From IMG/VR virus record IMGVR_UViG_2671180349_000007: a stretch of 36,567 nucleotides of DNA. One strand, written 5' to 3'. Every line of letters starts with the position of its first letter. Position 1 is the first letter of the stretch. The notes under the pieces are model-generated. The model had not been told where the DNA came from, made no database searches, and saw nothing but the letters and a program-made list of their open reading frames with translations. The stretch comes from a virus (Duplodnaviria > Heunggongvirae > Uroviricota > Caudoviricetes). The position numbers and the translations under genes were made by a program. Below, one piece after another: positions 12,356 to 21,471 of the stretch.

Positions 12356-12421
12356 ATTGCTCTAATAATTCCATATTTTTAAAACGTGATGTACACTCAT
12401 CACGTTTTTTATTAGAGCAAT
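12356..12421. promoter_or_regulatory. bivalent C1 operator pair enclosing a terminator hairpin
   Basis: ATTGCTCTAATAATT at 12356-12372 and its inverted partner ATTAGAGCAAT at 12405-12421 flank the hairpin aaaacgtgatg-tacact-catcacgtttt. Confidence 0.6.
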
Positions 12422-12435
12422 CTATAAGGTGCACT

Positions 12436-12654
12436 ATGTGGCCATTCCGACGGAAATATCACTACTGGCTGATCGCCTTTGTTACGCCGACCGGCGGTAT
12501 CAGGCATGTCATCACCAGGTATCGCAACAAGAGACTCACCTTAGCCAGAATTTTACAGGCTGCCATAGGTGAGGGACTGGATACAAATTGCGTAGTCCTT
12601 CCACCTTCATACTTAGGAAAAATGACCGAAGCACAAGCTAATACGGAACTTTGA
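12436..12654 (+). CDS. small hypothetical protein (72 aa)
   Basis: AAGGTG RBS; stop is followed 1 nt later by the next ATG. Confidence 0.45.
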   Translation: MWPFRRKYHYWLIAFVTPTGGIRHVITRYRNKRLTLARILQAAIGEGLDTNCVVLPPSYLGKMTEAQANTEL

Positions 12655-12655
12655 A

Positions 12656-13918
12656 ATGAGCACTTCAGCACAAAACCAATCAATCGAAAATGTATCTATC
12701 CCTGACGTCCTGAATGCCGGTATCCCGGCCATTATCCAGAACATCCGGGCCGCGCAACGCCGCGTTAGTTGTGATGACCTCACAGCACGTTTTTTTGATA
12801 ATGCGGTTCAGTCAGCGGAGATGCTTCACGCACAGCTTATTGATGTTTATAACGCAGAAGCTGATAGCCATAACTCCATGGTAGATGCAGCTGAAAATAT
12901 GCAGTTGGATCTCGGTCTGAAGGGTAAAGAAATTGAAGAGCTTCAGCTGGAAATTGAACATTTGAAACGCCAGCAACAGGACGCGATCGACGATGCGACG
13001 CATGACGCCAACCAGCGTGCTGATAATGCCGAACGTATAAGCATTGAGCTGGAAACAAAACTCAATGAAATGACCACGATGGTTGAACTGCGGAACTCAC
13101 AGATTTCAACGCTAAAATCTCAATATAAAGAGATCATGAAACTTGATCCTTTTAACCTTGAGAAACGCTATAACAAAGCTAAAAGCGAGCGACAGGAACT
13201 GCGTAAGCAGGTCGCCGACCTTAACCAACAGCTCAAAAAAACTATTAAAGATGCAAGCGAAGCGCGCGTGGCATTTGCTAATAAAAAAGCAGAGGTTACC
13301 GCGCTGGTTAATGAGAATGCCAAATTTGCGACGCTCAAGAAGGAAATGTATGGCATTACTGAGCGCCGTTTCCCTGCAAGCAAACTTCATCCGACGTTAG
13401 GGCAAATCTCCTTCTTCCCGCGCCTCCTGGCTTATGGGATCTCATCGCCTAAAGAGTTCAATAACGAGCGTCCTTATATCGTTTCTAAGCTGGACTTTGC
13501 TTATCAGTTCTGCTGCGACATGGGCTATGCCATTGATATCCGGATCAACGAATGGTTGATGCCAAACTTCCAGCCGTTGGCCATTTTCCGCGAGTTCCAG
13601 CCGGAAGGTTGGGTAGAGTTCTTCCATGAATTGATCTGTAAAGAGATGGAAAGCCGCCGCCCGGAACTGGTCCGTCGAGTTGAGTGGGCGCAAGAGGTTA
13701 TGTTGGCAGAGGCAGAGCTGCCGTTCGAATCGGAATTTATTGATGATCTGGGAGCTAAAGGGCTGCATACCCTGTTTGATGTGGTTACCCGCCGTCATGA
13801 GCAGTTGGTTGTCGAATTGGGTTTAGAGGAAACAGCGGCAAGAAGACTTCTCGATGTTTGCTATGCACGTAGCGATGCATGGGAAAAAGAGAACGGCGGC
13901 ACTATTTACGTTCGCTGA
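12656..13918 (+). CDS. coiled-coil protein with C-terminal globular domain (420 aa)
   Basis: Residues about 60-240 are E/K/Q/L-rich heptad-like; Cys/Trp-containing C-terminal domain; no recognised family. Confidence 0.6.
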   Translation: MSTSAQNQSIENVSIPDVLNAGIPAIIQNIRAAQRRVSCDDLTARFFDNAVQSAEMLHAQLIDVYNAEADSHNSMVDAAENMQLDLGLKGKEIEELQLEIEHLKRQQQDAIDDATHDANQRADNAERISIELETKLNEMTTMVELRNSQISTLKSQYKEIMKLDPFNLEKRYNKAKSERQELRKQVADLNQQLKKTIKDASEARVAFANKKAEVTALVNENAKFATLKKEMYGITERRFPASKLHPTLGQISFFPRLLAYGISSPKEFNNERPYIVSKLDFAYQFCCDMGYAIDIRINEWLMPNFQPLAIFREFQPEGWVEFFHELICKEMESRRPELVRRVEWAQEVMLAEAELPFESEFIDDLGAKGLHTLFDVVTRRHEQLVVELGLEETAARRLLDVCYARSDAWEKENGGTIYVR

Positions 13919-13937
13919 CAGTTACAGTGTCACTTTT

Positions 13938-13971
13938 AATGCTGGTGGAGTGCGCCCACCAGCATTTTTTT
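13938..13971 (+). terminator. rho-independent terminator
   Basis: aatgctggtgg-agtgcgc-ccaccagcatt followed by a T-run; the stem contains a Chi octamer GCTGGTGG. Confidence 0.65.
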
Positions 13972-13990
13972 CGTCCAATGAGGAGGGCAT

Positions 13991-14497
13991 TTGAGTATTT
14001 TCAATAAACACGCACACCAGGAACGTCCGTACATCGTCATAGTAGATATTGATGGGACGATATCAGAGGCAACGGAAGACAGGCTGCATTTACTTCCACC
14101 ACCTGGCAAAGGTGCATTAACAGAGCACTGGAACGAGTTTAACCTTGCCTGTGACACTGATGCTCCCATCACTCCAGTTATTGATATGGTGCGCCAGTTG
14201 TCCGGCATTTACACCCTCTGGTTTGTAACCGGGCGCTGTGAGATAGCCAGGGATAAAACACGAGCCTGGTTGCGTAAGCACGTAACAAATGGGGCTGAGC
14301 CTTTGCTATCTATGCGTCCTGCCACCGATGACAGAAATGACGGTCCAGCAAAGATTGATCTCCTGAAGAAAATTGGTCTAAGTAAAATTGCGTTCGCGCT
14401 GGAAGATAAGATTGAAGTGGCGCGTGTTTTCAGGAGTCACGGCGTACTTACGTTAATGGTCAGGGAGTATGAAAACGCGCTTCTTCATCAACAATAA
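13991..14497 (+). CDS. HAD-superfamily phosphatase-like protein
   Basis: TTG start with GAGGAGGG RBS; motif I VIVDIDGT, then FVTGR and DKTRAW elements. Confidence 0.55.
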   Translation: MSIFNKHAHQERPYIVIVDIDGTISEATEDRLHLLPPPGKGALTEHWNEFNLACDTDAPITPVIDMVRQLSGIYTLWFVTGRCEIARDKTRAWLRKHVTNGAEPLLSMRPATDDRNDGPAKIDLLKKIGLSKIAFALEDKIEVARVFRSHGVLTLMVREYENALLHQQ

Positions 14498-14513
14498 TTG
14501 CTCTAATAAATCT
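14497..14513 (+). promoter_or_regulatory. C1 operator
   Basis: ATTGCTCTAATAAATCT, 16/17 match to consensus, overlapping the HAD stop codon. Confidence 0.65.
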
Positions 14514-14595
14514 TGATTTTTAAAACAGAGAAAGTGAAAATAAAAACATGCCGCAAGGCGCGGCATGTATCCAATCAATCACAGGAGCTGAAAAT

Positions 14596-14682
14596 ATGAA
14601 CACGGCATTCAAAATCATTATGGCCGCGATCTATTTCTGGCTGTTCTCTATCACTTTTGGCGGCATCGTCGCACATGGGTAA
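14596..14682 (+). CDS. small hydrophobic peptide (28 aa)
   Basis: AGGAG RBS 8 nt upstream; translation MNTAFKIIMAAIYFWLFSITFGGIVAHG. Confidence 0.35.
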   Translation: MNTAFKIIMAAIYFWLFSITFGGIVAHG

Positions 14683-14691
14683 GGGGGATGC

Positions 14692-15273
14692 ATGAAAGGC
14701 GAAGTGAAAGAGCGCGGCATGATTTTTAACGATGAGATGGTCAGGGCAATTCTTGGCGGGAATAAAACACAGACTCGCAGGATTGTTGAAGAAAAATTCT
14801 ATGGACGGGCAGTGGCCGCAGAGTTGCTTGCTAAACATTGTCCATATGGTCAACCGGGAGATCGTATTTGGGTTCGTGAAACCTACCGGGTACATGGCAA
14901 AGCGACGGACGTCGCAACGCTGGTTTATCGCGCAAGCGTGCGTAACTCCTGGACAGAACAAACGCACCGGGTTCCGGTTGAGGTTTGTAATAAGCCAGTA
15001 TCAGAAAAGTGGACGCCATCAATTCACATGCCGCGCTGGGCATCGCGCATTCTTCTGGAAATTACCAACGTGCGCGTTGAGCGGTTGAACGATATCAGCG
15101 AATGCGATGCAAGGGCTGAGGGCGCACCAACAGAATCGACCCTCATTGGCGATAAGCATTACCCAGGTTTCCGCAGCCTATGGAAATCAATTTATGGCGA
15201 AGATAGTTGGAACGCTAATCCTTGGGTGTGGGTAATAGAGTTTGAGCGTATTCAGGGGGCAACCAGTGAGTGA
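14692..15273 (+). CDS. conserved prophage protein, ASCH/PUA-like (193 aa)
   Basis: AAGGGGG RBS; motifs FNDEMVRAILGGNKTQTRR and GDRIWVRET. Confidence 0.6.
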   Translation: MKGEVKERGMIFNDEMVRAILGGNKTQTRRIVEEKFYGRAVAAELLAKHCPYGQPGDRIWVRETYRVHGKATDVATLVYRASVRNSWTEQTHRVPVEVCNKPVSEKWTPSIHMPRWASRILLEITNVRVERLNDISECDARAEGAPTESTLIGDKHYPGFRSLWKSIYGEDSWNANPWVWVIEFERIQGATSE

Positions 15274-15532
15274 GTCAAAATGCCAAATTAATGGCAACAA
15301 GATAGAACCGTGCGCGGCGTTGGCACAATCCCTGGAGCATGACGCTGAATACACGACGCGAAAAGGTCTGCTGAAATACAAAATCTATAACCATGAATTA
15401 ATTCATTCACAAGACCTGATCATGCTGCGGTCTGGTGAATTTTCTAAATCGCCTATTCGAGTTTCATTTTGCCCGTTCTGTGGTGAAAGTCTGAAAACGT
15501 GGGAAGCGGAGGCAACCAGTGAGCAAAATTAA
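15266..15532 (+). CDS. small protein with C-terminal CPFCG zinc-ribbon-like motif
   Basis: GTG start overlapping the previous stop; start uncertain. Confidence 0.4.
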   Translation: MSESKCQINGNKIEPCAALAQSLEHDAEYTTRKGLLKYKIYNHELIHSQDLIMLRSGEFSKSPIRVSFCPFCGESLKTWEAEATSEQN

Positions 15533-16220
15533 CTATCAGGCACTACGTGAGATAGCAAAACAGGCAACACAGGGCGAATGGGTCGCGTTTATTTCGACGG
15601 GTACAGGTACGTATGCTGTGCATACGCCCGGTGATAAACGATGTGAAGATGTTATCAAATGGACCGGCTTTGATGGACTGAAAAACGCAGAGAACAACGC
15701 TCGTTATATTGCCGCATTCAACCCAAAGGTTGCACTGGAGCTACTTGGTGAAATTAAGCGCCTGGAGGACACAAATATTGATGCTATGTGCCGAATAGCA
15801 CCGCTTGAGACTAAGCTCGCGGCTCTGGTGGCAGAGAACGCCGGGCTGAAACACGCAATGGCTGTAACTCTTGATCATGTGTCGGTCACGGATGCAGGGC
15901 AGGCCGGAGTTGCTGCAATGATTATCAACGATGCCCTACACCACAGCGAAACTCCAGCTACCGATGCTTTTCTGGCTGAAATTCGTGCGGAAGCACGCAA
16001 CGAGGGGATTAACTATACCGCCAGCCGTCTTGCTGCTGCGTTCAATCACGGATTTATCAATAAGTCTTTGCGTGAAGTTTTCGACGTTACGCGCATGATT
16101 CTGTCAGCGAAAGAAGAGTTGGCTAATGAACCGTACCCGATTGATGGCCTGTCCGGTGAATATGCGGAGAAATCCCTTGAAGAATGGGCGGAACAGATTC
16201 GCAAAGGAGCTGACAAGTGA
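15519..16220 (+). CDS. Ead/Ea22-like prophage protein
   Basis: Central coiled-coil and C-terminal TPATDAFLAEIRAEA motif; GTG start. Confidence 0.6.
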   Translation: MSKINYQALREIAKQATQGEWVAFISTGTGTYAVHTPGDKRCEDVIKWTGFDGLKNAENNARYIAAFNPKVALELLGEIKRLEDTNIDAMCRIAPLETKLAALVAENAGLKHAMAVTLDHVSVTDAGQAGVAAMIINDALHHSETPATDAFLAEIRAEARNEGINYTASRLAAAFNHGFINKSLREVFDVTRMILSAKEELANEPYPIDGLSGEYAEKSLEEWAEQIRKGADK

Positions 16221-16627
16221 AGAAGATGATTTTTGTCGCGGCATTGTTGGTGAATATCCAACAAGTGCATGCTTCAGCAGCTATTGTAGCCTCTACCGCC
16301 GCGACTACGGCTGCTGTAGCTGCTGCGAACTCTGCGAATATCGCAAACCAACAGGCACAGCGTGCTGCTAATGCATCAGCCAGCGTTCACCCAATCACCA
16401 TTAAGAGCAGTAAGCAAAATCTGGGATTCATAACGTGCGGCACGCGTTCTAATGAAGCTGTAGGCTCACTGGGATGTACGGTATATGGCGATAGTGAGCG
16501 CAGAGAAATTCCATGGAAAACGTGGCCCGGATACGTTCTCGGATCGAAGCTCCCTGCCAGCTACGAAGTAAATGCCGTATCGTTTGATCACTATAACGGC
16601 GTGGCAACTGTCTATTTTACATACTGA
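16217..16627 (+). CDS. secreted protein with N-terminal signal peptide (136 aa)
   Basis: MKKMIFVAALLVNIQQVHA signal-like N-terminus followed by an Ala/Thr-rich linker. Confidence 0.55.
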   Translation: MKKMIFVAALLVNIQQVHASAAIVASTAATTAAVAAANSANIANQQAQRAANASASVHPITIKSSKQNLGFITCGTRSNEAVGSLGCTVYGDSERREIPWKTWPGYVLGSKLPASYEVNAVSFDHYNGVATVYFTY

Positions 16628-16635
16628 GGCTCCGC

Positions 16636-17301
16636 ATGAAATTCTCCAAATTTTCTGAGTTGGTGAATCGTATTTTGTCCAACAACCACAGCCATCGTCG
16701 CGATATGGATGTAACGATCGTTGTTCATTCGCCTGGCAGCATTGGTTCAACACCATCAGTTGAGGTTCAGTCAATTCACGCTGGTTTTGATTGGGATTCC
16801 GGGAAAGTGCTGATTTTCCCAGCACAGCCACTGACCACGCTAACACCAGAACAGATTACTGATATTACTGATAGTGTGCGCAAAGGTCAGTCCTGGCACG
16901 CATATCAGGAATACAAGAAGCATAAAGAGCAGTTGGAAAAATTATCGATTGAACTTGATGCCGCAAAACAGCGCATTGCAGAGCTGGAGGGTAATTTCAC
17001 GGTGCTGGCAGTGGAGAATGCCTCAATGAAGCTGTTTATCAGGGGTTGTTGCTACGTGTTTGATGGCGAGCAGGATGAAATATCTGATGCGTATATCTGC
17101 GCAAGAGACGGAGGCATGCCGCAAACCCCGGCTACAGATGCTCTCCTGGCTGATGTACGGGCGGTGGCGTTTGACGAACTTCGCGCGGCGTTTGTCAGGC
17201 ACGCAAAAGTTGCAGGACTGGATGATGCCGATACCGTAACGCTTAAGGAAGTGACAGAAGCATTGTTGCATTGTGCGGAACAGATTCGCGCGCCTGAATA
17301 A
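16636..17301 (+). CDS. Ead/Ea22-like paralogue
   Basis: Shares the C-terminal TPATDALLADVRA motif with the 15519 gene. Confidence 0.55.
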   Translation: MKFSKFSELVNRILSNNHSHRRDMDVTIVVHSPGSIGSTPSVEVQSIHAGFDWDSGKVLIFPAQPLTTLTPEQITDITDSVRKGQSWHAYQEYKKHKEQLEKLSIELDAAKQRIAELEGNFTVLAVENASMKLFIRGCCYVFDGEQDEISDAYICARDGGMPQTPATDALLADVRAVAFDELRAAFVRHAKVAGLDDADTVTLKEVTEALLHCAEQIRAPE

Positions 17302-17397
17302 TTAAATTTAGTGTTGTAAATAAAATTTAATCCTTAACCGGAGGGATTTCTGCACCCTCATAACATCAGGAGGCCGCCCGAGGGGCGGTAATGAAAA

Positions 17398-18111
17398 ATG
17401 GCTGAATTAACAAAAGAACAATTAATCGAAGAAGCTAAATTAAAAATAGCGATTGCGAAATGCCATCCCAATTCAGGCGTGGCACGAGTAGAGGGTGAGT
17501 TATTCAAAATTGCACTGGCATCGCTGGAAGCAGATCCAGTTGCTTATATTTTCAAACATCCGGCCGGGAAATTATTCTGGGCTTTAACGGATGAAAGCAA
17601 TAAAGAGCAAGCGGACGTTATTCCTGTTTATGCTGCCGCGCCTGCGTCGGTTGTGCCGGATAATGCATCAGAGCCTCTTGCTTATGCTTACAAAGAGCTT
17701 ACGCCTGAGATTATGCGCAACCATTTAGCTGTATTCGAGCGATATGGAATAGCCCCAAACGATAGCTCTACCACAATTCAGGCACTGCGAATCGCGCTGG
17801 ATGGCATAGAGCGGAGCGACGCCATGCTTCATGGTGCCGAACCTGTAAGCCAAACTTACAAGTTGAACCAGCTATCGGGCAACTCTCCGGTAACTCCGGA
17901 TGATTGGATAAGCTGTAGTGAGCGAATGCCGGATAGCAAAACAGCTGTTCTTGTTGCCAGGGAGTTTGACAGGAAAGGTGACTGGCGAATGAAGTGGGCG
18001 ACTTACATACCGGGACATCCTGACGCTAATGATGGTTGGATAATTCCTGGTGCGTCGTGGATTCCATCACACTGGATGCCGTTACCAGAACCGCCGCAGG
18101 AGGCAAAATGA
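17398..18111 (+). CDS. DUF551-type phage protein (237 aa)
   Basis: C-terminal WISCSERMP...WMPLPEPP signature. Confidence 0.6.
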   Translation: MAELTKEQLIEEAKLKIAIAKCHPNSGVARVEGELFKIALASLEADPVAYIFKHPAGKLFWALTDESNKEQADVIPVYAAAPASVVPDNASEPLAYAYKELTPEIMRNHLAVFERYGIAPNDSSTTIQALRIALDGIERSDAMLHGAEPVSQTYKLNQLSGNSPVTPDDWISCSERMPDSKTAVLVAREFDRKGDWRMKWATYIPGHPDANDGWIIPGASWIPSHWMPLPEPPQEAK

Positions 18112-18368
18112 TGGATGTAAAAGAGAAGGTTTTGCAGGTGATGCGTTCCCGTGCTGCCCTGCAAGAGAAAGCTCTCGGCGGGGAATATCCATTCACGATA
18201 GCAACCTGGAATCTGCGGTTGGCAATGGAGAAGGAATTTCCTGATGAAGAATGGCGTTCGGCAGATTTGCGCAAAATTCTTATTGGGATGGCTAAAGACG
18301 GAACAGTATCCAAAGATACCCATGCCAGCCGGATTGGTCAGGCGGTATGGAGACTGGAGGTGAGGTAA
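18108..18368 (+). CDS. hypothetical protein (86 aa)
   Basis: ATG overlaps the previous stop (ATGA). Confidence 0.4.
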   Translation: MMDVKEKVLQVMRSRAALQEKALGGEYPFTIATWNLRLAMEKEFPDEEWRSADLRKILIGMAKDGTVSKDTHASRIGQAVWRLEVR

Positions 18369-18444
18369 TGAGCTGGCCTGAAGCATTTGCGATTGTAGGC
18401 GTAGCTATGGCGATTGCCGCTATTTTTATCTTCTGGGGGTAACG

Positions 18445-18678
18445 ATGGGAAAATTAACTTTTGTAGTCGAATTTGAGGATGGCAAAGAGCCACCTGTTAG
18501 CGCCAATCTTGATGTTGCTGGTGGCAGGCTGGTTTCGGTTCTATTTGGTGATTACCGCGACGACTTCTTTCAGCCTGAAGAAGTTGATGTAGTGCGAGAA
18601 GCATTAAACGAGCTAAGTGTTGATAACGATGATGCTCATGCGGAAATCATCAAAAAAATGGAACTGCTAACTCACTAA
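18445..18678 (+). CDS. acidic hypothetical protein (77 aa)
   Basis: ORF in track; same operon. Confidence 0.4.
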   Translation: MGKLTFVVEFEDGKEPPVSANLDVAGGRLVSVLFGDYRDDFFQPEEVDVVREALNELSVDNDDAHAEIIKKMELLTH

Positions 18679-18856
18679 ATTATCAATTATGGTGCTATCA
18701 CCTACGACACCGAGAGAAAATTTATAATGTCAAAAGTAAATGTTTTGATTTTTTCAGCAATTGTTGGCTTTGGTTTTACTGCCGGAGTGCAGATTTATAT
18801 TGCGTGGGAAAAAATCATCAACTACGCATGGAGTTGTTTTATTAAGTGAGGTAAGT

Positions 18857-19150
18857 ATGTGGAGAGGTAATAGTCATGGCAAAAGCCAGATGATACTTAC
18901 CGAATATAAGCTAGACCACAAAACCAATAAATCACGCTCAGTATATTTGCTCCGGCACAATAGCCGCGTAAGAAATACCTTGCTGGAACAAAATCTGACA
19001 GTTGAAATGGATAATTACGGTGGATTCAAGCCAACAATTTCGCTTGATGATTTTCCTCGTGGTTTAAGCGAAAGAGAAGCAATGCTGAAATTAGCAGAAT
19101 GGCTACAAAGATTAAGCATTGCTATTGAAGATAACTGGTCTGAACCTTAA
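18857..19150 (+). CDS. hypothetical protein (97 aa)
   Basis: GAGG RBS 6-7 nt before ATG 18857; a 39-aa hydrophobic ORF (18727-18846) lies just upstream. Confidence 0.4.
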   Translation: MWRGNSHGKSQMILTEYKLDHKTNKSRSVYLLRHNSRVRNTLLEQNLTVEMDNYGGFKPTISLDDFPRGLSEREAMLKLAEWLQRLSIAIEDNWSEP

Positions 19151-19156
19151 ATTTAT

Positions 19157-19531
19157 ATGATGACACTAAAACATTTTCTTGACCGCCCATTATGGGCGGC
19201 AGCCGCAGGCTATGACTTTAATTATATGGATTGCATGTCTTATACTGCCAATGCATACGACCATTCGTTCAGCCTGCTGTTTAATTCTTTAAGAATATTG
19301 CCGGAAACAGAAGTTGGAGAGCTTCATTTATGGCTATTGGGCTTTATCGCGGCTGTCGTTGGTATTGCTGTATGGCCTTTTATTTTCTGGCTGGTGGCTG
19401 TTGTAGTGTGGTTTAAGTGCAAGACATACCGGAAAAAGTATTTCTTAGGTGATGGAATGACTGATATTGCCAAAATGAACATTGAAAAATGGACTAAGGA
19501 ATGTGAAAAGAAATGGCGCAAAAAGAAATGA
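19157..19531 (+). CDS. membrane protein (124 aa)
   Basis: Hydrophobic segment LWLLGFIAAVVGIAVWPFIFWLVAVVVWF and basic C-terminus. Confidence 0.5.
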   Translation: MMTLKHFLDRPLWAAAAGYDFNYMDCMSYTANAYDHSFSLLFNSLRILPETEVGELHLWLLGFIAAVVGIAVWPFIFWLVAVVVWFKCKTYRKKYFLGDGMTDIAKMNIEKWTKECEKKWRKKK

Positions 19532-20172
19532 CTACTCTAACGACAGCATACTTACAGCAATTGGTATTTTTTGCAGGCGAGGCTACTTGTCATCCTGACG
19601 CAAACTATTTATTGGAATTTGAGAGGTTAGCGTCACCCGGTATCGTTCTGGAACTGGCCCAACAGGTGCTGGCCTTGAGACAAAAAGAGCAACATGAAAG
19701 TAATACGTGTAGATTGAATTTTGAGCAGTGGCTGGAACAGCAACGCGGAAAAATCGATGTGGACTGTGGTTGTGTGTCCACTGAAACATTCATGCACTGG
19801 CTGCGGGTAGCTTACGAGGCTGGCAACTATCCGGATATTCCGGATAGTTCGGTGCCAGCGCCAGGAAAGGGCGTCACCGGTGAACGTATCCGCATTAAGC
19901 CGCATGTTTATCGCGAACTGGTTAACCGTCTCCACGATACAGCGATCAAGTGTGCTGGCACCCAGCAATTACGAGAAAGAATTAGCCGTGTTTTGGGCGA
20001 CGTTATTACGCCATATCATCATAAACAAGCCGAGAAAAGCGGTCTGGAAAGGGGGCATCTTGAGGCAGCATTAAACATTAAGCCGGGGCATACGCTTGGC
20101 ATTATTGATGCACTGTTGGTTCATAAGATGGCCAGGGCTTTATTGTCGTTGGTAGGGGGCAATGACAACTAG
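19513..20172 (+). CDS. hypothetical protein (219 aa)
   Basis: ORF in track; overlaps the previous gene by 19 nt. Confidence 0.5.
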   Translation: MAQKEMTTLTTAYLQQLVFFAGEATCHPDANYLLEFERLASPGIVLELAQQVLALRQKEQHESNTCRLNFEQWLEQQRGKIDVDCGCVSTETFMHWLRVAYEAGNYPDIPDSSVPAPGKGVTGERIRIKPHVYRELVNRLHDTAIKCAGTQQLRERISRVLGDVITPYHHKQAEKSGLERGHLEAALNIKPGHTLGIIDALLVHKMARALLSLVGGNDN

Positions 20173-20256
20173 GAAAAAATCGCATTACTGGTGGCAAAGC
20201 CATAACTACTGATACAATATTTCTAGGTTAAAGATCTGGCATTAGGTAGAGATAGC

Positions 20257-20721
20257 ATGTTTCTTCATATCAATCCCGATTGGGCATCAGCTATTGCGGC
20301 ATTTGGGTCAGCAATAGCTGCTTTTATTAGTTTGCGCACAAGTAAAAAGCTTGGATTATTCGATAAGGAAAAATTTTATAGTGAAGCATTGATAAACTTT
20401 GCTGATAGGGCAAATAAAATAGCAACAGGAAAAGCTGGATCAGACTGGGATGTTAATGACGCAAGTAATATAATTCTTTCACTAAATGCCGCAAAAGAAA
20501 CTATTGAAAGTGCGCCAAAACCTATTCGAGAGCAACTAAAACAATATTACAAACATAATCTTTGCCATGAGATCATAACCGAATTAGAGGCTCACTCTCC
20601 CCCAGATTCAGTAATTGTAAGAGAACCATCAGAGTATGAAGGCAAGATCATGGGATTGTGGGATGAGATTAAAATATTTCTGGGTTATACAGTGGTATCA
20701 GAAGCAGACCTTGAAGATTAA
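20257..20721 (+). CDS. low-GC membrane-anchored hypothetical protein (154 aa)
   Basis: Gene is visibly AT-rich relative to its neighbours; N-terminal hydrophobic helix WASAIAAFGSAIAAFISL; lies directly upstream of phd. Confidence 0.55.
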   Translation: MFLHINPDWASAIAAFGSAIAAFISLRTSKKLGLFDKEKFYSEALINFADRANKIATGKAGSDWDVNDASNIILSLNAAKETIESAPKPIREQLKQYYKHNLCHEIITELEAHSPPDSVIVREPSEYEGKIMGLWDEIKIFLGYTVVSEADLED

Positions 20722-20828
20722 AGTTTGGTGTGACCACATCATTTCATCAATGATGCCCGAAGTGGGGAGTTTGACGATTGTCCGGTGATTTAAGCTGCAA
20801 AGTGCTGGTGCTTTATGCTTGTGAAGTT

Positions 20829-20858
20829 TATAATTGTGTACACATAACGAGTACACGA
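20829..20858 (+). promoter_or_regulatory. phd-doc promoter and operator
   Basis: TATAAT -10 followed by palindromic TGTGTACACA and GAGTACACG sites, matching the Phd autoregulatory operator as I recall it. Confidence 0.6.
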
Positions 20859-20865
20859 GGTGTTT

Positions 20866-21087
20866 ATGCAATCCATTAACTTCCGTACCGCGCGTGGCAA
20901 CCTTTCTGAAGTGCTCAACAATGTTGAAGCCGGGGAAGAGGTTGAAATCACCCGCAGAGGCCGTGAGCCAGCAGTAATTGTCAGCAAGGCTACTTTCGAA
21001 GCCTACAAAAAAGCGGCGCTGGATGCTGAATTTGCATCCCTGTTTGACACCCTGGACTCCACCAACAAGGAACTGGTTAACCGATAA
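20866..21087 (+). CDS. phd: Phd antitoxin
   Basis: 73-aa protein [26 protein letters not shown]... recognised as P1 Phd. Confidence 0.95.
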   Translation: MQSINFRTARGNLSEVLNNVEAGEEVEITRRGREPAVIVSKATFEAYKKAALDAEFASLFDTLDSTNKELVNR

Positions 21088-21467
21088 TGAGGCATATATC
21101 ACCGGAAGAACTTATTGCGCTTCATGATGCGAATATAAACCGCTACGGCGGCCTGCCGGGAATGTCAGATCCGGGTAGGGCAGAGGCCATTATCGGGAGA
21201 GTTCAGGCCAGAGTTGCCTACGAAGAGATCACCGACCTTTTCGAAGTCTCCGCCACCTACCTGGTGGCTACAGCGAGAGGGCATATATTCAATGATGCCA
21301 ATAAGCGTACCGCGCTAAACAGTGCGCTGTTATTTCTACGCCGTAACGGGGTGCAGGTATTTGATTCACCTGAACTGGCAGACCTTACCGTAGGGGCTGC
21401 GACCGGAGAGATATCTGTATCTTCTGTCGCCGACACGTTACGTAGATTGTATGGTTCCGCGGAGTAG
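21087..21467 (+). CDS. doc: Doc toxin (Fic-fold kinase)
   Basis: 126-aa protein recognised as P1 Doc; ATG overlaps the phd stop (TAATG). Confidence 0.95.
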   Translation: MRHISPEELIALHDANINRYGGLPGMSDPGRAEAIIGRVQARVAYEEITDLFEVSATYLVATARGHIFNDANKRTALNSALLFLRRNGVQVFDSPELADLTVGAATGEISVSSVADTLRRLYGSAE

Positions 21468-21471
21468 ATTA

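Noticed and set aside
14548-14568. Hairpin CATGCCGC-aaggc-GCGGCATG after the 14497 operator, considered as a terminator
   Set aside because: No T-run follows; more likely a leader structure or protein-binding palindrome than an intrinsic terminator.
16260-16340. Apparent GCTGC/GCAGC-rich DNA repeat
   Set aside because: It reflects the Ala/Thr-rich linker of the secreted protein (low-complexity coding), not a tandem repeat or CRISPR-like array.
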